A stretch of DNA of 64,000 nt from Phoronis australis (GCA_002633005.1 NMRA01000211.1:412262-476261), one strand, 5' to 3'. Numbered from the stretch's first letter, positions 25,560 to 40,300 are shown. Numbers and translations: made by a program. Notes: a model not told the origin generated them from the letters alone.

Positions 25560-26535
25560 CTGTGCTTTGGCATGTTTATGCACCCTATTGGCAATTTTAT
25601 TTTTTTCTTTATCTCCCTATTTGCCTAGTTCATTGATATATTTTTAAAAAACTATGCATCTATAGGTATTACACTTTCCTGATTTTGTACAGATTTTACA
25701 GAGTGGCTGTTTTGGTTATTTTCGAGTTTGTCTATCTCTCTGTCCATCAAACCACTCAAAGGATCATTATGAAAATTAGAAGATATGTTCCAAATGAGAA
25801 GATGATGACAGACGTTGATTTTCGAATGGGTCCTACTACTGTGGTGCCTTCTAGTGGCAATTTTGTTTCTTTGTGTCTGCATGCTATATCTCCCTAAACA
25901 TTTGAAGGATCTTTGTGAAATTTGGGAGATGTGTTTCTATGCAGCTGATGACAGTGTGTTTTGGTAGAGATCTGATTACCAGTGTTTCCCAAGTGACTGT
26001 TTTATTTTTTTTTTTGACTTTGCCTCTGTATCTTTGGCCTTTCTTTCAAATTTGGCAGATAGGTTTCTATTAAAAAAACGAGACAACTATGCCCTTCCAT
26101 GTTTGGACAGATTCGATGTATTCTGCACCACCTAGTGGCCATTTTTATTATTTTTGAGTCTGTTTTTGGTCTCTGCCTCTCAATCTGCCTGTGCTCCTGC
26201 TGAGAAGACCATGGCTGATGTTGATTTTTAAATTGGTCAGACTGCTGTGGCACCCCCTAGTGGTAATTTTTTTTTTTGCATTTTGTGGCTGTATCTTCTT
26301 AACCCTTTGCAAGTTCTTTGTGTACTTTGGCAAGTATAGGTGACAACTTCTTTCAGAACAATCCAACTACCACAGTATGCCTTCTAGTGGCTATTTTGTT
26401 TTTTGTTTGGTCTCAGTCTTCAGATTTCCTTAACGAATTTTCATGAGATTAGGCAAATAGGTTTCTGATAGGGATATGTTGATGCAATCCCATTTCTGGT
26501 TTGGTTTGACATATTCCGCGCCACCTAGTGAACAT
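25560..26535. repeat. Degenerate ~125-140-bp tandem repeat whose units carry a CTCF-like motif
   Basis: Motif variants at 25846, 26127, 26252, 26379 and 26520, each followed by T-rich sequence and ...atgaaattt-like blocks. Confidence 0.65.
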
Positions 26536-27137
26536 TTTTAAGATATTAATACACACCTCCAGAAGCATGACAATTACAATGTAATCATTAGCGCATTACA
26601 ATGTTATGCACTGCTCTTGTTAGGATAATGGGATCACTTGATTATGCACATCTGGGCATTAGTTTCATGCACATCAACAATTAAATTCTGTGATTTGAAA
26701 AATGTTTAGTTTCATGGATCTATGATTGCTAAACAAGTTATTTTAAGTAGCAGTTGACTAGTTACTTTTGTCAAAAACATTAATCTTGGTTCCTTACTGT
26801 TGCAAAACCAGTCTCACATTGCACCTTTCTCAGAAGTGATTTCTTGGCTTAAGAAGCACTGTTGCTTCACCATAGGCCCATTAACTTGCTTGTTTCCACA
26901 TTTGCAAAGGCAGTATTACATTGAGGGCTATTCTAAGGCAACTTGATGTAACCAATCTCAATTATGTGTAAGAATGCAATGATGTTGCTTGGGAATAGTA
27001 AATGTGCCTATGAAGAAAATTAATGTTTATGATTCATAGTGGCTTAATGAATTGGTCATTGGTTATGAGCATGGGTGATTACCGTCTACAACAAAACTTT
27101 GGCAGTTGTTTATTAATGAAAGTGTATAATCCCTCAG

Positions 27138-27304
27138 CCTGTTCGTCTGACTCCGACGCGGAGGAACATTTACCACTACCAGTTCCGCTCATGGCCTGAC
27201 CATGGTGTACCAAATGACCCTGGCTCAGTGTTGAGTTTCCTGCAGAGTGTCAACCAACGACAAAGGTCCATACCTGAGGCAGGACCTGTCATAGTTCATT
27301 GCAG
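27138..27304 (+). CDS. PTPN11: SHP2-like exon (WPD loop to VHC)
   Basis: cctcag|...AG|gtgaga; ...[48 protein letters not shown]. Confidence 0.95.
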
Positions 27305-28226
27305 GTGAGAAAACCAAGAAACGAGGCAAACTATGTGTGCAGTGTGCTAATTATTTTAATTATGAAATTCACAAACTGTTAAAAAGTTCTGAAAGATCCA
27401 TGAAACACCAACCTCTGGCCATCACTTTGATTGACGTTTGGGATGAAAACCTTTGTCTGTTGGTTCTTTTTGATGCTAGAAACCATAGAATTTTTTATTG
27501 TTTTTGGAATTTTATTGATTATTTCGATTCCACTAACTTGAGTTACTCCAGTTTGAAGTTTCCGACTTCATCTTGGCATAGTTAACACTGCTGGTCATTT
27601 TGGGTTTGGAAGAGGCAACCATTCCCTATACTGGCTTAAAATTTTGCAGACAGTTGTAAATAATGGTGTTTGTTCACACTCACTAGCCCTTTGAAATTGA
27701 CATGTAAGGTCAGTGAAAGTAGTTCATTTTGAACCCTGCTCTTAGTCAAACACCAGTCCCAGCTGGCGTGTGTAAGTACATTTATAAAATAAGCAGTCAT
27801 CTTAATTAACAAAAGGTTTATGGTCTTGGCTGAGAACATAATTGGTTTTATTACTCCCTATTGATTTTGAATAGCCAAGCCCAGAATGTGACTTTCATTT
27901 CAAATGATCGCTTTAAACTTTTCTGAAAAATGTGAAATTATCACAGATTTTGCTTTGAGTGAAAGGCATTTTCCTTAGACATTTACCATCATAGTTTACA
28001 TTGAATTGAATTGTGCCATCTCAAGTCAATGGATGCGACACCTACTTCTTAGAAAAAAATGTGCATCCTAAATAATGTTTACAATATCAGTTTTCTGTTT
28101 CTTTTGCGAATTTGTTTATTTTAATAGTATGTTCTTTACATGATTGAATGTTGGAATTGTATTACCCAAACCTCTGATATGTAAATTGCTTTAAGTATAA
28201 TATCTAACTCCAGCTTTCTGTTTCAG

Positions 28227-28294
28227 TGCTGGCATTGGTAGAACAGGAACTTTCATAGTGATTGACATGTTACTTAACCAGATTGCCATTGAGG
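28227..28294 (+). CDS. PTPN11: SHP2-like exon (P-loop SAGIGRTG)
   Basis: tttcag|...G|gtgagt; AGIGRTGTFIVIDMLLNQIAIEG; 68 bp. Confidence 0.96.
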
Positions 28295-29692
28295 GTGAGT
28301 AGATCATGTCTCATTCACTGAAGTGGCACTAGTCATGAACATGTTAGGTAAATTCACACCAGGAGCTTCTGCTATTCATGGCCAAGAGGTACTAAGAGAG
28401 ATATTCATTAGCAACAGTTTGTGCAAGAACCTGTGGTTCAACAGAAGGTCAAATCTTGAGTAAACATTTGTTGCCTGGCTCTACAATGGTGGACACAGGG
28501 CAACTGTATTAGGAACTAGGCTAATTGACTTCAACTTGTCATAGTTCTCCTCTAAACTTATACAATTGCACAAATGGCCGTTTTCATGCACTCACATATG
28601 ATTGTGCATGTGTATGTAGCTGCATATTGTCGTCACTTTGTCCGGGTGTCCTCTCGATATCACGAAAAGCCCCAGATTTGACGACTGTAACGCCTCTGAG
28701 TAGCCAATTTTAGGAAGTGCATTTCCGGATGGCATCTAGGGAACCAGTTGACAGATTTCCATGAATTTTGATTCAGAAGTATGCTTTATCTGTGTGCCGA
28801 TGCTATTCTGGCGGATTCAATCACCATTTTGTTCCTAGGCAAGGGCATTTCAAGTCTCGTTTGGGGGAAGATCGTTTCTGGGTGATGTCTGGTGAAATTT
28901 AATACAAGGGTATATGATGAAAATTTGCCGGCACCATTAGATTTTCTGGTGGATTCGACTGTGCAGCACCTTTTAGTGGCCATTTTGTTCTCAGCAAGTC
29001 ACTTTTCAAGGGGTGCTTGAGGGAAGAGGGTTTCTTGATAACATCCTGAGAACCAACTGATATATTTCAACAGAAGGTGACACAGAGGTGTCAATGCACC
29101 GACACCATTTAAGTTTTGGTTTCAACCACTGCAGCATATAGGGAAGAGCTTTTCCGAATGATATCTAGAGAACCAAGTGAGTGTTTTATGAAACTTGACA
29201 CAGATGTTTGTGATGGCATTGCACTGCCACCATCACATTTCTGAGCAGATTCACCCATTGCAGCACCTCCTAGTGGCCATTTTGTTTTTGACAAGGGGTT
29301 TTTCAAGTGTTGTTTGTGGGAAGAGTGTTTTCAGATGATATCTAGGGAAATAGTTCCAGTAGTTTTGATACTTCTCTGTGCTAATTTCAAGGCGTGCATG
29401 CTATTTTGGTACATGCTCGAGCTTCAACCACACACGCAAGGACATTTTGCATTTCAGGCTCAATTGAGTATGATTTGCACACTAGTCAGACAGAGTTGTT
29501 TACTTTTCTGTACCCGTGCAATCTGATTATGTGACTAGCATCGAGTAATGACGTAACTCAGAGCACATAACCCATCAGTCAAAAACTGCATGAAATTGTG
29601 TCCAAGATCATTTACTGCACATTTCATCAGTCACCCTGCTCTCAAGTCACAGCAGACAAAACGATGCACAGTTGACTCCGTCTTTGTTGTAG

Positions 29693-29841
29693 GTCTGGAC
29701 TGTGAGATTGACTTACAGAAGACCGTTCGGAACATCCGGTCTCAGCGCTCGGGTATGGTGCAGACAGAGGCTCAGTATAACTTTATTTATCAAGTCATAC
29801 AGCATTATAGGGACGAGTCCATACGACAACAAGCTGAAGAG
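29693..29841 (+). CDS. PTPN11: SHP2-like exon (Q-loop)
   Basis: ttgtag|...GAG|gtaaga; [49 protein letters not shown]. Confidence 0.95.
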
Positions 29842-30005
29842 GTAAGAGTAGCGAGTTAAACTGAAGGAATTTATCCAAATTAATGTAGTTTGCTAATGAG
29901 TAATCAGTCTCATCTGCATGTAGTTCTAATAACAAATGAAACGAATTCTCATATCACAGTTGAAAATTAACTATGGTTTATACTTTTGTTTTTGCTGACT
30001 GCTAG

Positions 30006-30053
30006 GCATCCTCATCAGCCGAGTCAAAGAATGACTATATGCCTATACAGTGA
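30006..30053 (+). CDS. PTPN11: Probable terminal coding exon of the SHP gene
   Basis: Pyrimidine tract, ctgac branch-like site and ctag| acceptor; ASSSAESKNDYMPIQ* in phase 0. Confidence 0.6.
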   Translation, partial: ASSSAESKNDYMPIQ

Positions 30054-30562
30054 TGTGCAACTGTGTTGGCTTTTTTCGTTATATGGTGACAGATTCTCTC
30101 ACACAACTGGGCCACGACCAGTGTTTGCTTTTGGTTCACATGAACAACATTGCACCATTTCCATCAGTCTATACAATGAATATCAGGACGTAGATATGGC
30201 TTTTTGACACAAATATAATTTAGTCTTGATTTTAGATATCTTGATTTAACGAGGCTGACCTGGACTCAAAGATATTTTGTTACCAGCCACAGGTCATATG
30301 TCAACTAGACTTATCTGCTTAAGCAGTTGATTATACTATTGATGACCAAAATGCATATTGGACCTGTATAATCTTAGCTTAGGCTGTATCAGCCTTTCTT
30401 CACCACCTGGTGAATATCTATATGTCTCTCATCGCCTTGGTTTCAAAACATCTTACACTGTTTCAATAAGTGCTGTTGATTTCCAAATTGTTCAGACTAG
30501 TGAGGTCAGTCTGCATGTGATATGACAGGTTCTGGCCCTGTGTGAAGCACACTTTAATCAAA

Positions 30563-31185
30563 GGCAGGTTTCATGAAACTTTGCTTGTCTCAACCAAAAT
30601 TGGATTTATGACCAAAATGTCTCAGCTCCGTTTTACAACTTTCTTTTGAAGACCAAAGATAGCTGCTGTTGGAATAAGCTTAAGATTGAACTTTTTTGGG
30701 TCTTAATGACCATAATTCAGGAGTATTATTTGTAAACTGTTGCGGAACACATTTCATTGATATATATTTTTCATAATCGACAATGACTCTAAACAATGTC
30801 AGTTTGAAGATTGGCTGCTTTCAATTCAGCAAAAGCCATAGAGACAAGGCAGTGCGACTTACTGGCACATGTGAAATATTTTTCTGCCATACCAGAATCT
30901 TTTCAAACAAACGAGATCCAATTATTTCCAAACTGTAGCTAAATCCCCACACACAGCCTCGATCAGTTTTGTGAATTCGCAGCAGCTTTCAAAAGTGGAG
31001 TTGGTATGCTCACCATCAAAAATGAACTTAACTTCTGTTTAAGTTAAGACCAAAGATCAAAAATCCAATTCTGTGTTCGCGAAACAGTCTTTTCTGAATT
31101 TTGTTTTCAGTCTCAACTTACCCAAATTTTGGTATTAATTTAGACAAATTTTTGGTCTTAGTTAGTATTCATGAATCGGGGCCCC
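30563..31185. mobile_element. MITE with (g)tttcatgaa-type termini
   Basis: ggcaggtttcatgaa at the left end and ttcatgaatcggggcccc at the right; homolog at 21258. Confidence 0.5.
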
Positions 31186-31336
31186 AGAGCTATGGTGTGA
31201 TATTGGGGCCCCAGAGCTATGGTGTGATATTGGGGCCCCAGAGCTATGGTGTGATATTGGGGCCCCAGAGCTATGGTGGGATATTGGGTCCCCAGAGCTA
31301 TGGTGTGATATTGGGGCCCCAGAGCTATGGTGTGAT
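31178..31336. repeat. 27-bp tandem repeat, ~5.9 copies
   Basis: Unit ggggccccagagctatggtgtgatatt. Confidence 0.95.
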
Positions 31337-34300
31337 CCGTAGAGAAAATCTCTTGCAAGATAAGTAAGATCACACAACGTAATGCAAAATCAGATGACTG
31401 TTTGTCATGGTTGGCAAGGCAGGAATATTCATTGCAGGAGAAAATTCAGTTTTCATGTTTATTCTTTTGGGAGTAGCCTGTCTTTGTTGTACAAAACTTT
31501 CAGAATTCATTTTTGAAGCAGCTAAAGCTGACAAAGAAATAGTTGCGACCTGTACCAGCTTTAAATCAAGGTCCTCTAGTGCAGTGTCCAAAAACACATG
31601 GCTCATAAACAATAAGCATGAATCTGCCATCATGTTAAGTGGTAAGGCCTGAGAAGAATAGTTAAAGAATAACCTGTCTGGGGACGATGACATATATTTC
31701 ACTAGCCTTGGTGCAAAGCCGTATACTATACGACAGTCTTCATGCAGCTAGTTGGCTGGCTAATGTTTCACAGTCATGCACTTTGAGTTTCAAGATTTTG
31801 CCTTGGCATGGATAAATGTGAGTATAAAGTAAATGTTGTGTTTATTGCATGGGATAGCTGCAGTGCTTTTTTTTAATTCTCTTTTCAGAGAAGTCAAGTG
31901 ACTGGTTGTGAGTACATGAACTTGAGGTATGACCATCAGATGTCTCCAAGTAGGCTGAGCAAACAAAACCAACAAAAGTGAGTCCACTGGCCTAGAAAGA
32001 CTCACATCTCTCAACTTGTTAATCAGAAGTAGTCCTTTTATCTATTGTCCAGTCAGCAATTCTCCCCATATTTGGCACAAAATAATTGGTAAAATTGTCT
32101 TTATCCATATTTCAAAGGCAAATTACTTCACTTCATATAATGGAAAATTTATCAAAAGTTATTTTCCGACCTCAACGCAGTACACAAACCGTGCTTAATC
32201 TTTATTTTTGTGGAAAAATTTAACAAAACAGTATTTCATTTGTCATCCATATTGTGTACCAAGTAAGTGCAGAATTATGATAATTCAAATTATGGAGTCT
32301 GATTGGGAATCAAGTTGAACGTAGATTTGTTCATTTGCATTTGCTTTCGCTATGTCTTGTGAAGCATGCGTAGGTAGCCTGTTGCTGGAAAAAAGTTTTT
32401 GTTTCAATTATATTAATGAAGCCACGTCTTGTTAAATCTATATTATGCCTTTACACTCCTTTGCTGTGGGGTAAGTTTCCTGATTTCGGTGGTCCGAAGC
32501 TCGGGATACTGACGTGTCGTTATCAGTTTGACAGAGACAGCAAGGGGAGAAAGTTGGCAAACCAATGTTTACTTAGTCCAGCTCTCTCATTGTATGCATT
32601 TAAGCATAAAAGTGAGCAACCTTCATCTGGTCATCATGGAGAAAATCTGGTCAAAAGCTGTTTTAAGACTTGTAGTGTTGATCAGTGAGTGAACTATGTG
32701 AGAGGTTTAATTGCAGTGGAATCTTAGCACGTGTCCCATCTGCCCCGACAAGTCTTGTGAATTGGTATGCTTTGTTCACTTTATTGTGTAGTAAATGAAA
32801 ATGGCGTTCTGTTCTGGAAAATGTCCTGCTCTTCACAGACCATAGATATGACATCACCTGTGTATTTTACAAAACAAGAAAACTATTTGTCAAAACAAGA
32901 TTTCTCAGACTTAAATTTTCATTATATCCCCGACTTTATTATAATTTAATGAGTTTTAATTTGGTGTCCGTTATATATATTATCTCAGGAAGAGATAACC
33001 ACCCTGGTTATCTCTTCCTGATAATGTGTATTTTCTTAATTTCATTGTTTTTAGGCTTATTTTGTCTGTAGTTTCTTTCTTCGTTTGCTAGTGTTCAGTG
33101 CATGCTTTAAAGCATTAAATAGGTCAGGAGTAATTATAATTCTCATTGCTAGTTACAGGTGACTATTGGGGCAGTTGTTAAATTAATTCTTACCATTGAC
33201 CTCTGAAAGGTATTTTGGGTAATATATTTTCAGATAATTAGATCTGTAGTTATTAATTTTGGTTAGTCTTGCAGTTTTTTTGGGACTGACCACGGTAGCA
33301 AAGAAACAAAAAAACTCAACAGATATTCCACAGCTAATATGAACATGAATAGAGAATAGTTTACGTGACACACGATTGCACTCTCGTGTCACGCCAGCTA
33401 TTAAGGCGTCCTCAGGTTTGCGCAGTACATTTCTACACAAAACCAGATAAGTGCTGGTGAGTTCTTTTATTTGTCTATTTTCTGGCGCATACGTGTATTA
33501 GCCGTTATTAGTTATCATTCGTTGTTTACAGAGAGTTCAATTCACAGTATTTATATATTCATTTTGTATGTTTCAGACAGACATTCGTCTTGCTTAATAA
33601 AGCATCGTTAGAAAAACCCGAGGGTTATTGTCTAATGAAAACCCCAAGTGATTGCTTTACAGGAAACACTAACTGAATTACACCATTGTTTCTACCAGAT
33701 TACTTACTCATAGTAAAAGAAATGTATTGAGAAAACATTAATTAATTAGAACATCCATTAAATGCGGAGAAGACTGTCTTTATTGTAGACTTGTTTGTGA
33801 GAAAATAACTACAAGTGTAGTACATACATTGTTTTTAGAGCGGAAAAAATGCAAGAATGTCGATTCACAAGACAGCATTTTAGTCCCCAACAACGAACTT
33901 TCAATTTAGACCATATATTGCTACAAAATCTCATTTTGTACTGTATTGGCGTGCCATTAGCAACATGGGCGACTGGGCAAAACTCCTTATGTGTGAAACT
34001 TAGGGGGCCAATACGCGAATCACTTGAGGAAAGAGGCAGCAAAAAAGGCATTAATTTGGCTACAGGCCATGGGCCAGTGTAAATACAAAATTATTAATAC
34101 AGAGGCAAACGTAAAAAATAGCCACTTGGAGTCACAGCAGTAGTCAAAATGCAGGGGACTTTACCTGGGCATGTAACTATGCAAATGTTCAATTGCGAAT
34201 CACTTGGGTAAAAAAGGCTGCGAAAATAGTATTATTTAGGATAGAGCCTTATGAGCCTAAAGGCGAGGCAATACAGTAACACCCTCAGATTGGGCACGAT

Positions 34301-34562
34301 TTATCGGCTTAAGAAGAACCGATAGGTCACTGCTTCAGATTAGGACCAGTAAGCTGCATGTGACAGTGGATTACTTTTCCAAGGCAGTGTAGTAACCAAA
34401 TTTCAATTAAAAAATAAACGGCAATGTCATTGGTTTACAAGAGGAAAAATTCCTAGAAAAAAACTGTTTGTAACAACAGCAGCTTTTACAGTCAAGACAC
34501 AGACCTATGATCATCATTACTTACACAAACAATGCAGCAAAATCGATCTAAAGTTTCAAGTA

Positions 34563-34568
34563 TTTATT
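34563..34568 (-). terminator. Candidate Cdc42 polyadenylation signal (AATAAA)
   Basis: tttatt on + at the end of an A/U-rich stretch ~1.65 kb past the Cdc42 stop. Confidence 0.35.
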
Positions 34569-36215
34569 AAATACATACATGTACATTAGCATAATCCAAT
34601 ATGATCTTTTCACCTGACTACAAACTTACTTAAAATACGATACAAATATAACTATCGTGACTGGAAGATATATCAAATAAGTGAATAGATTCCTCTAACT
34701 GTTGGCGATAAATAAATACATGCACTTACACAAGACAGAGCTGGTTATCAACGAAAAGGTTGTTCAAAGAGTCAAGATACACCAAGAAACAAAACGCACA
34801 GTAGAGAGATCATGAACACCACTTCTCAATCCAAAACCACCCTGCCATACAGCTACTAAATTGTAACTCAACCAGTGTGTTTATTAATCACTACCAATTT
34901 CTATTATCGGCATTTATTACTACTCTGTAACACACCAAGGAGAGAAGGCAATCTCTTGGATTTACGATTGTGAGGATTAAGGATGGTTCCAATGTGGTTA
35001 TTTCCAAAACCATGGTATCATGAAACCTCGCCAATTTCACATCTTTTTCCATGCCTAAAGGTTCCCTAAATTACTGTTAGAGCTCACTATTTCTCAAAAT
35101 ATTGTCTGGTGGTATTTATGACAATATAAATTTCACTCAGTGACCATACTATGTCCTAAACTGGCAAGATTTTATCATAAATGGTATTCACAGGCTCTTA
35201 AAAAGCAAGCTGTTATGCGGCGACATCCTCAATACCTGACGTACAAAATACCATCTTCGTCTACAAATCGTATGCTGCTGTCCATGCATGGTTTGATGAG
35301 CCAGTTAAGAGTTCAGCAGAGGCTACATTTTAGCAGCATTCGACAAAACCAAGCCAAAAAGGCGCACACTGACCTTATGGCTGCATCAGCTTGAACGCAA
35401 TTTTAGTAAGTTGCAAGCATTAAAACTAAAGAAACCACATTCAATTTCTTAGCATATTTTTCACTGATGCACGTACCGCCACATTCGCCTCATTTTTCAA
35501 ATATACACCGAGCATCATTCTATGCTAGTTTAATGACTTTTGGACCCCGTGAAATGGCAATGGAGACAGGAATTTTTGGAGTGTCCACCGGACCCCGGTG
35601 TTTAGACGTGTAGCCGTAGGGAACAAACATTGAACTATTAAAGCACGTGTGTGTGGGCATTGAATTAACTGGGGTGAACTGTGCCATAGCGTTTATTGGG
35701 CAAACTGCATTCATAATTAAATGTCAGCATATGTGACTAGCAATAGAAGTTGAATACCTTTGATTACAGTTCTGGCAGATTATTAAAGCAGCATGTGGGC
35801 TTGAGGCTTTTCCACACAAGGTGGCCAAACCATCCATTTTGTCAAGAGCAAAGCATTCCCTGCTCAAAATCAAACAAGATTTATATAGCCAGAAATTCAC
35901 TGCACAATGAGTACATAGTTTTACTTGGTAATAGACTTGTATCTTTCATTTTTTCTCATGTTTCACACTCAAGCGCACCGAGAGTCTCTGAGTCAGGATT
36001 TACCAGTAACGAAAACCTAGTTTACTCAAAGTGGTAATCTCGACATACCCAACGACACGTGACAAATCCTGAACAACAGACAACAGACTGCTCGGAGCAC
36101 TCAGCGAAAATACGTTAACTAAAATAATCTTGAATTCACGTCATCCCCCTGATGCATCATTGCTGAGGTCTTGCATGTCACATGTCATAAGTCACTGCCT
36201 AAACTGCATGTTTGC

Positions 36216-37289
<1,074 letters not shown>

Positions 37290-38025
37290 TAAGGCATCTT
37301 ACTCTCATCAAAATGGTCTCATATTCTTTACCGTGATAGGATTCCATTTTCATTACAAACAAGAACAGCGAAACCATCCGTGCATGTACTCACTGCCAGT
37401 GACTTGTATTGCTGGCTAATTCGACTGTGCGTGTTGCTTTTAAAACCGCAGTGCTTCAGTTAATAATTCTACATTGACAGCTAAACAGTGACAAAATGCA
37501 GCTTTAAATAGTATTACAGTGCAACTTAGCACAAATGTACAAGTGTAAGGGTGAAATTCGCTTATCCTTAATTTCAAGTAGAAATTACGCAAAAAAACAC
37601 CGGAGTCCTAGAGACGAATGCTTTACTTCACTTCCCAACCATACCTGCTAACACGCAGCTGGCCACAACCCATAGTGGTAATTTATTCAATAAACTGGGG
37701 GGTCCACCACCGTCACACTACTGTAATCTAATGCCTTATACAATTCACCTTCAAAATCTCAAGCTCAACATAAGGACATGATTTCAAGACAATATTTCAC
37801 AATGCTAAGCCTCAAAAGTGCATTTTTCATTTAGTCAGTCATTCAATTGACCACTCACGAAAGGGAAGCTCTATATGCTAATTTCACTGGACACAAGAAG
37901 TAGGATAAAAACATCTCATTGCTCAGAACGCACCGCTCTTGATAATCTAGGTCATTTACCAGAGCTTTGCATTCCAAACTTTGCCAATCTCACTTCAAAA
38001 ACGTATACCCTGGCTATATACCAAC

Positions 38026-38223
38026 CTGTGTTAAAGCTGAGCATTCTACGTATTTGACTGCCTTTAGCTCTTTGGCCAGTTTTTCACCAGATTCTACAGT
38101 GATGGGCCTCTGTTTGTTTTTGGCCAATTTTTCAACAACTGACACGTCGTCTCGGAGATCAACCTGTGTGCCCACCAGTAAGAAAGGCGTCTTCTGACAG
38201 TGGTGTGCTATTTCGGGTACCCA
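38026..38223 (-). CDS. CDC42: Cdc42 coding exon 3
   Basis: [66 protein letters not shown]; AG/GT bounded; 198 bp. Confidence 0.97.
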
Positions 38224-39026
38224 CTACAAGTGAAAAGTTGTAACAATAAAAATCACGAACGCTATTGGAAACTCGTAGAAAAAGGCGCGTTTTTATGGAA
38301 ACCTTAAGCCGAGTACTCTTTACATGTACAACTATGGATGGACGAAATGTTCTCTTTACAACATAGAAAGAGGTAAAATATCTAGCCACAACATCTAGCT
38401 CTCGCCTCATTATGCCATAATTTTTTAAACTTTGAGCAAAACCATTACGCTAGCAGCACAGGTAGTGTGCTTGTGTCAACAACAATTCCTGGATTTAACA
38501 CATGTACTTTTGTGGCAAGACTGGTCATTTTCTCTGGCACAGTTGTAACAAAGTGTCACATTAGCCACCTGTTTTGTCATGAGGCTATGTAGGATCGCAA
38601 AAACACGGATACAGTTTTCTAAAATACCATTTTCTTCTCGTTTCATGCAACAATAGAATTTTTCGTGAAAATCATATAAATCCTATTTCTGATAACTCCT
38701 CATGCAAAAATGGGTCATTTTAAAAACAATTCTTAAAACGTTTGGGAAAACAGTGCATAAAGCGCACTATTTAAAAGTTTCTTACAAATCCAAACATCCA
38801 TTTCTGAGATAAGGTATTATGAAGTTAGTAAAATGTGTACATGTTTCTACCCTCCTACATCACCTTAAGCAGAGGCCAACGGAGTACCCTGAAGAAAAAT
38901 CTAAGATGAATATGAAAGCTGGGATGCTCAAAAGAAAATAGGTCACTGACAAGAAACAATCACAATGCACGTATATTTGTATTTTCAGTGTTACTGCAGT
39001 ACATGTGACTGATTCAACAACTGTAC

Positions 39027-39209
39027 CTTTTCTTTCACATTTTCAAATGAAGAAGGTGACACAACCGAGAAACAGACTAGGAAAACGTCAGTCTGTGGGT
39101 AGCTGAGGGGCCGGAGTCTGTCGTAGTCCTCCTGTCCCGCCGTATCAAATAGTCCTAGTGTGTACGGCTCACCACCAATCATCACAGTCACAGCATAGTT
39201 GTCAAACAC
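39027..39209 (-). CDS. CDC42: Cdc42 coding exon 2
   Basis: [61 protein letters not shown]; 183 bp. Confidence 0.98.
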
Positions 39210-39916
39210 CTGTCAAAATGACAAATACAACCATCATGACAAAACCATCACAGCAACTCTTTCCATCTCAAAACAAGCTAAAGCTTTGTGTGTGTGGTTG
39301 TCAGGGCCCGATTTCCACTGAAACATTCAGTCATGTTGACAAAATACAATATATTCAACCAAAATCGATGTTCTCCACAACCTGTTATAACGTGATATCG
39401 CAACCTGTTTGCCAACACTTGCGCTAGGTTTCAAAATGCCGCCACAGCACACAGTGATCACATGCAGAATAGCACAACAAAATACCTACTGTAAATACCT
39501 TCCCTGAGGACCACTGGCTTACTTGCCACAATTGAGAATGTGAGAGTACAAAAATAACCAGCAGCCATTTCTAGCTCAAAGTTAAAACAATCCCGCTTCC
39601 AAGTTCAGACATCGGGGCATGTGGTGTTTTGACCCCGCTGTCTCCGAGATATCTATATTACTTATCCCTCAAAGCCTGTAATATTCTAAATTCTATCCAC
39701 TTAGAATCAAATTAATAACACAAGACTGATCAGGGAATTGCTTTTACACTTTCTCTGCTCCGGTTTCCTGATAATATGCTGCACACAGTGTTTATTGCTT
39801 CTCAACATCAAAAAATAACAACACTAACATAAAATAATGCGTCCACATATAAATATGTGGGCACATAAAAATGAACTAATAATTGGACGGACAAGTCTGA
39901 TGCAAAACAACGATCA

Positions 39917-40300
<384 letters not shown>

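Noticed and set aside
31101-31377. GPQSYGVIL-repeat ORFs
   Set aside because: Translations of the 27-bp tandem repeat.
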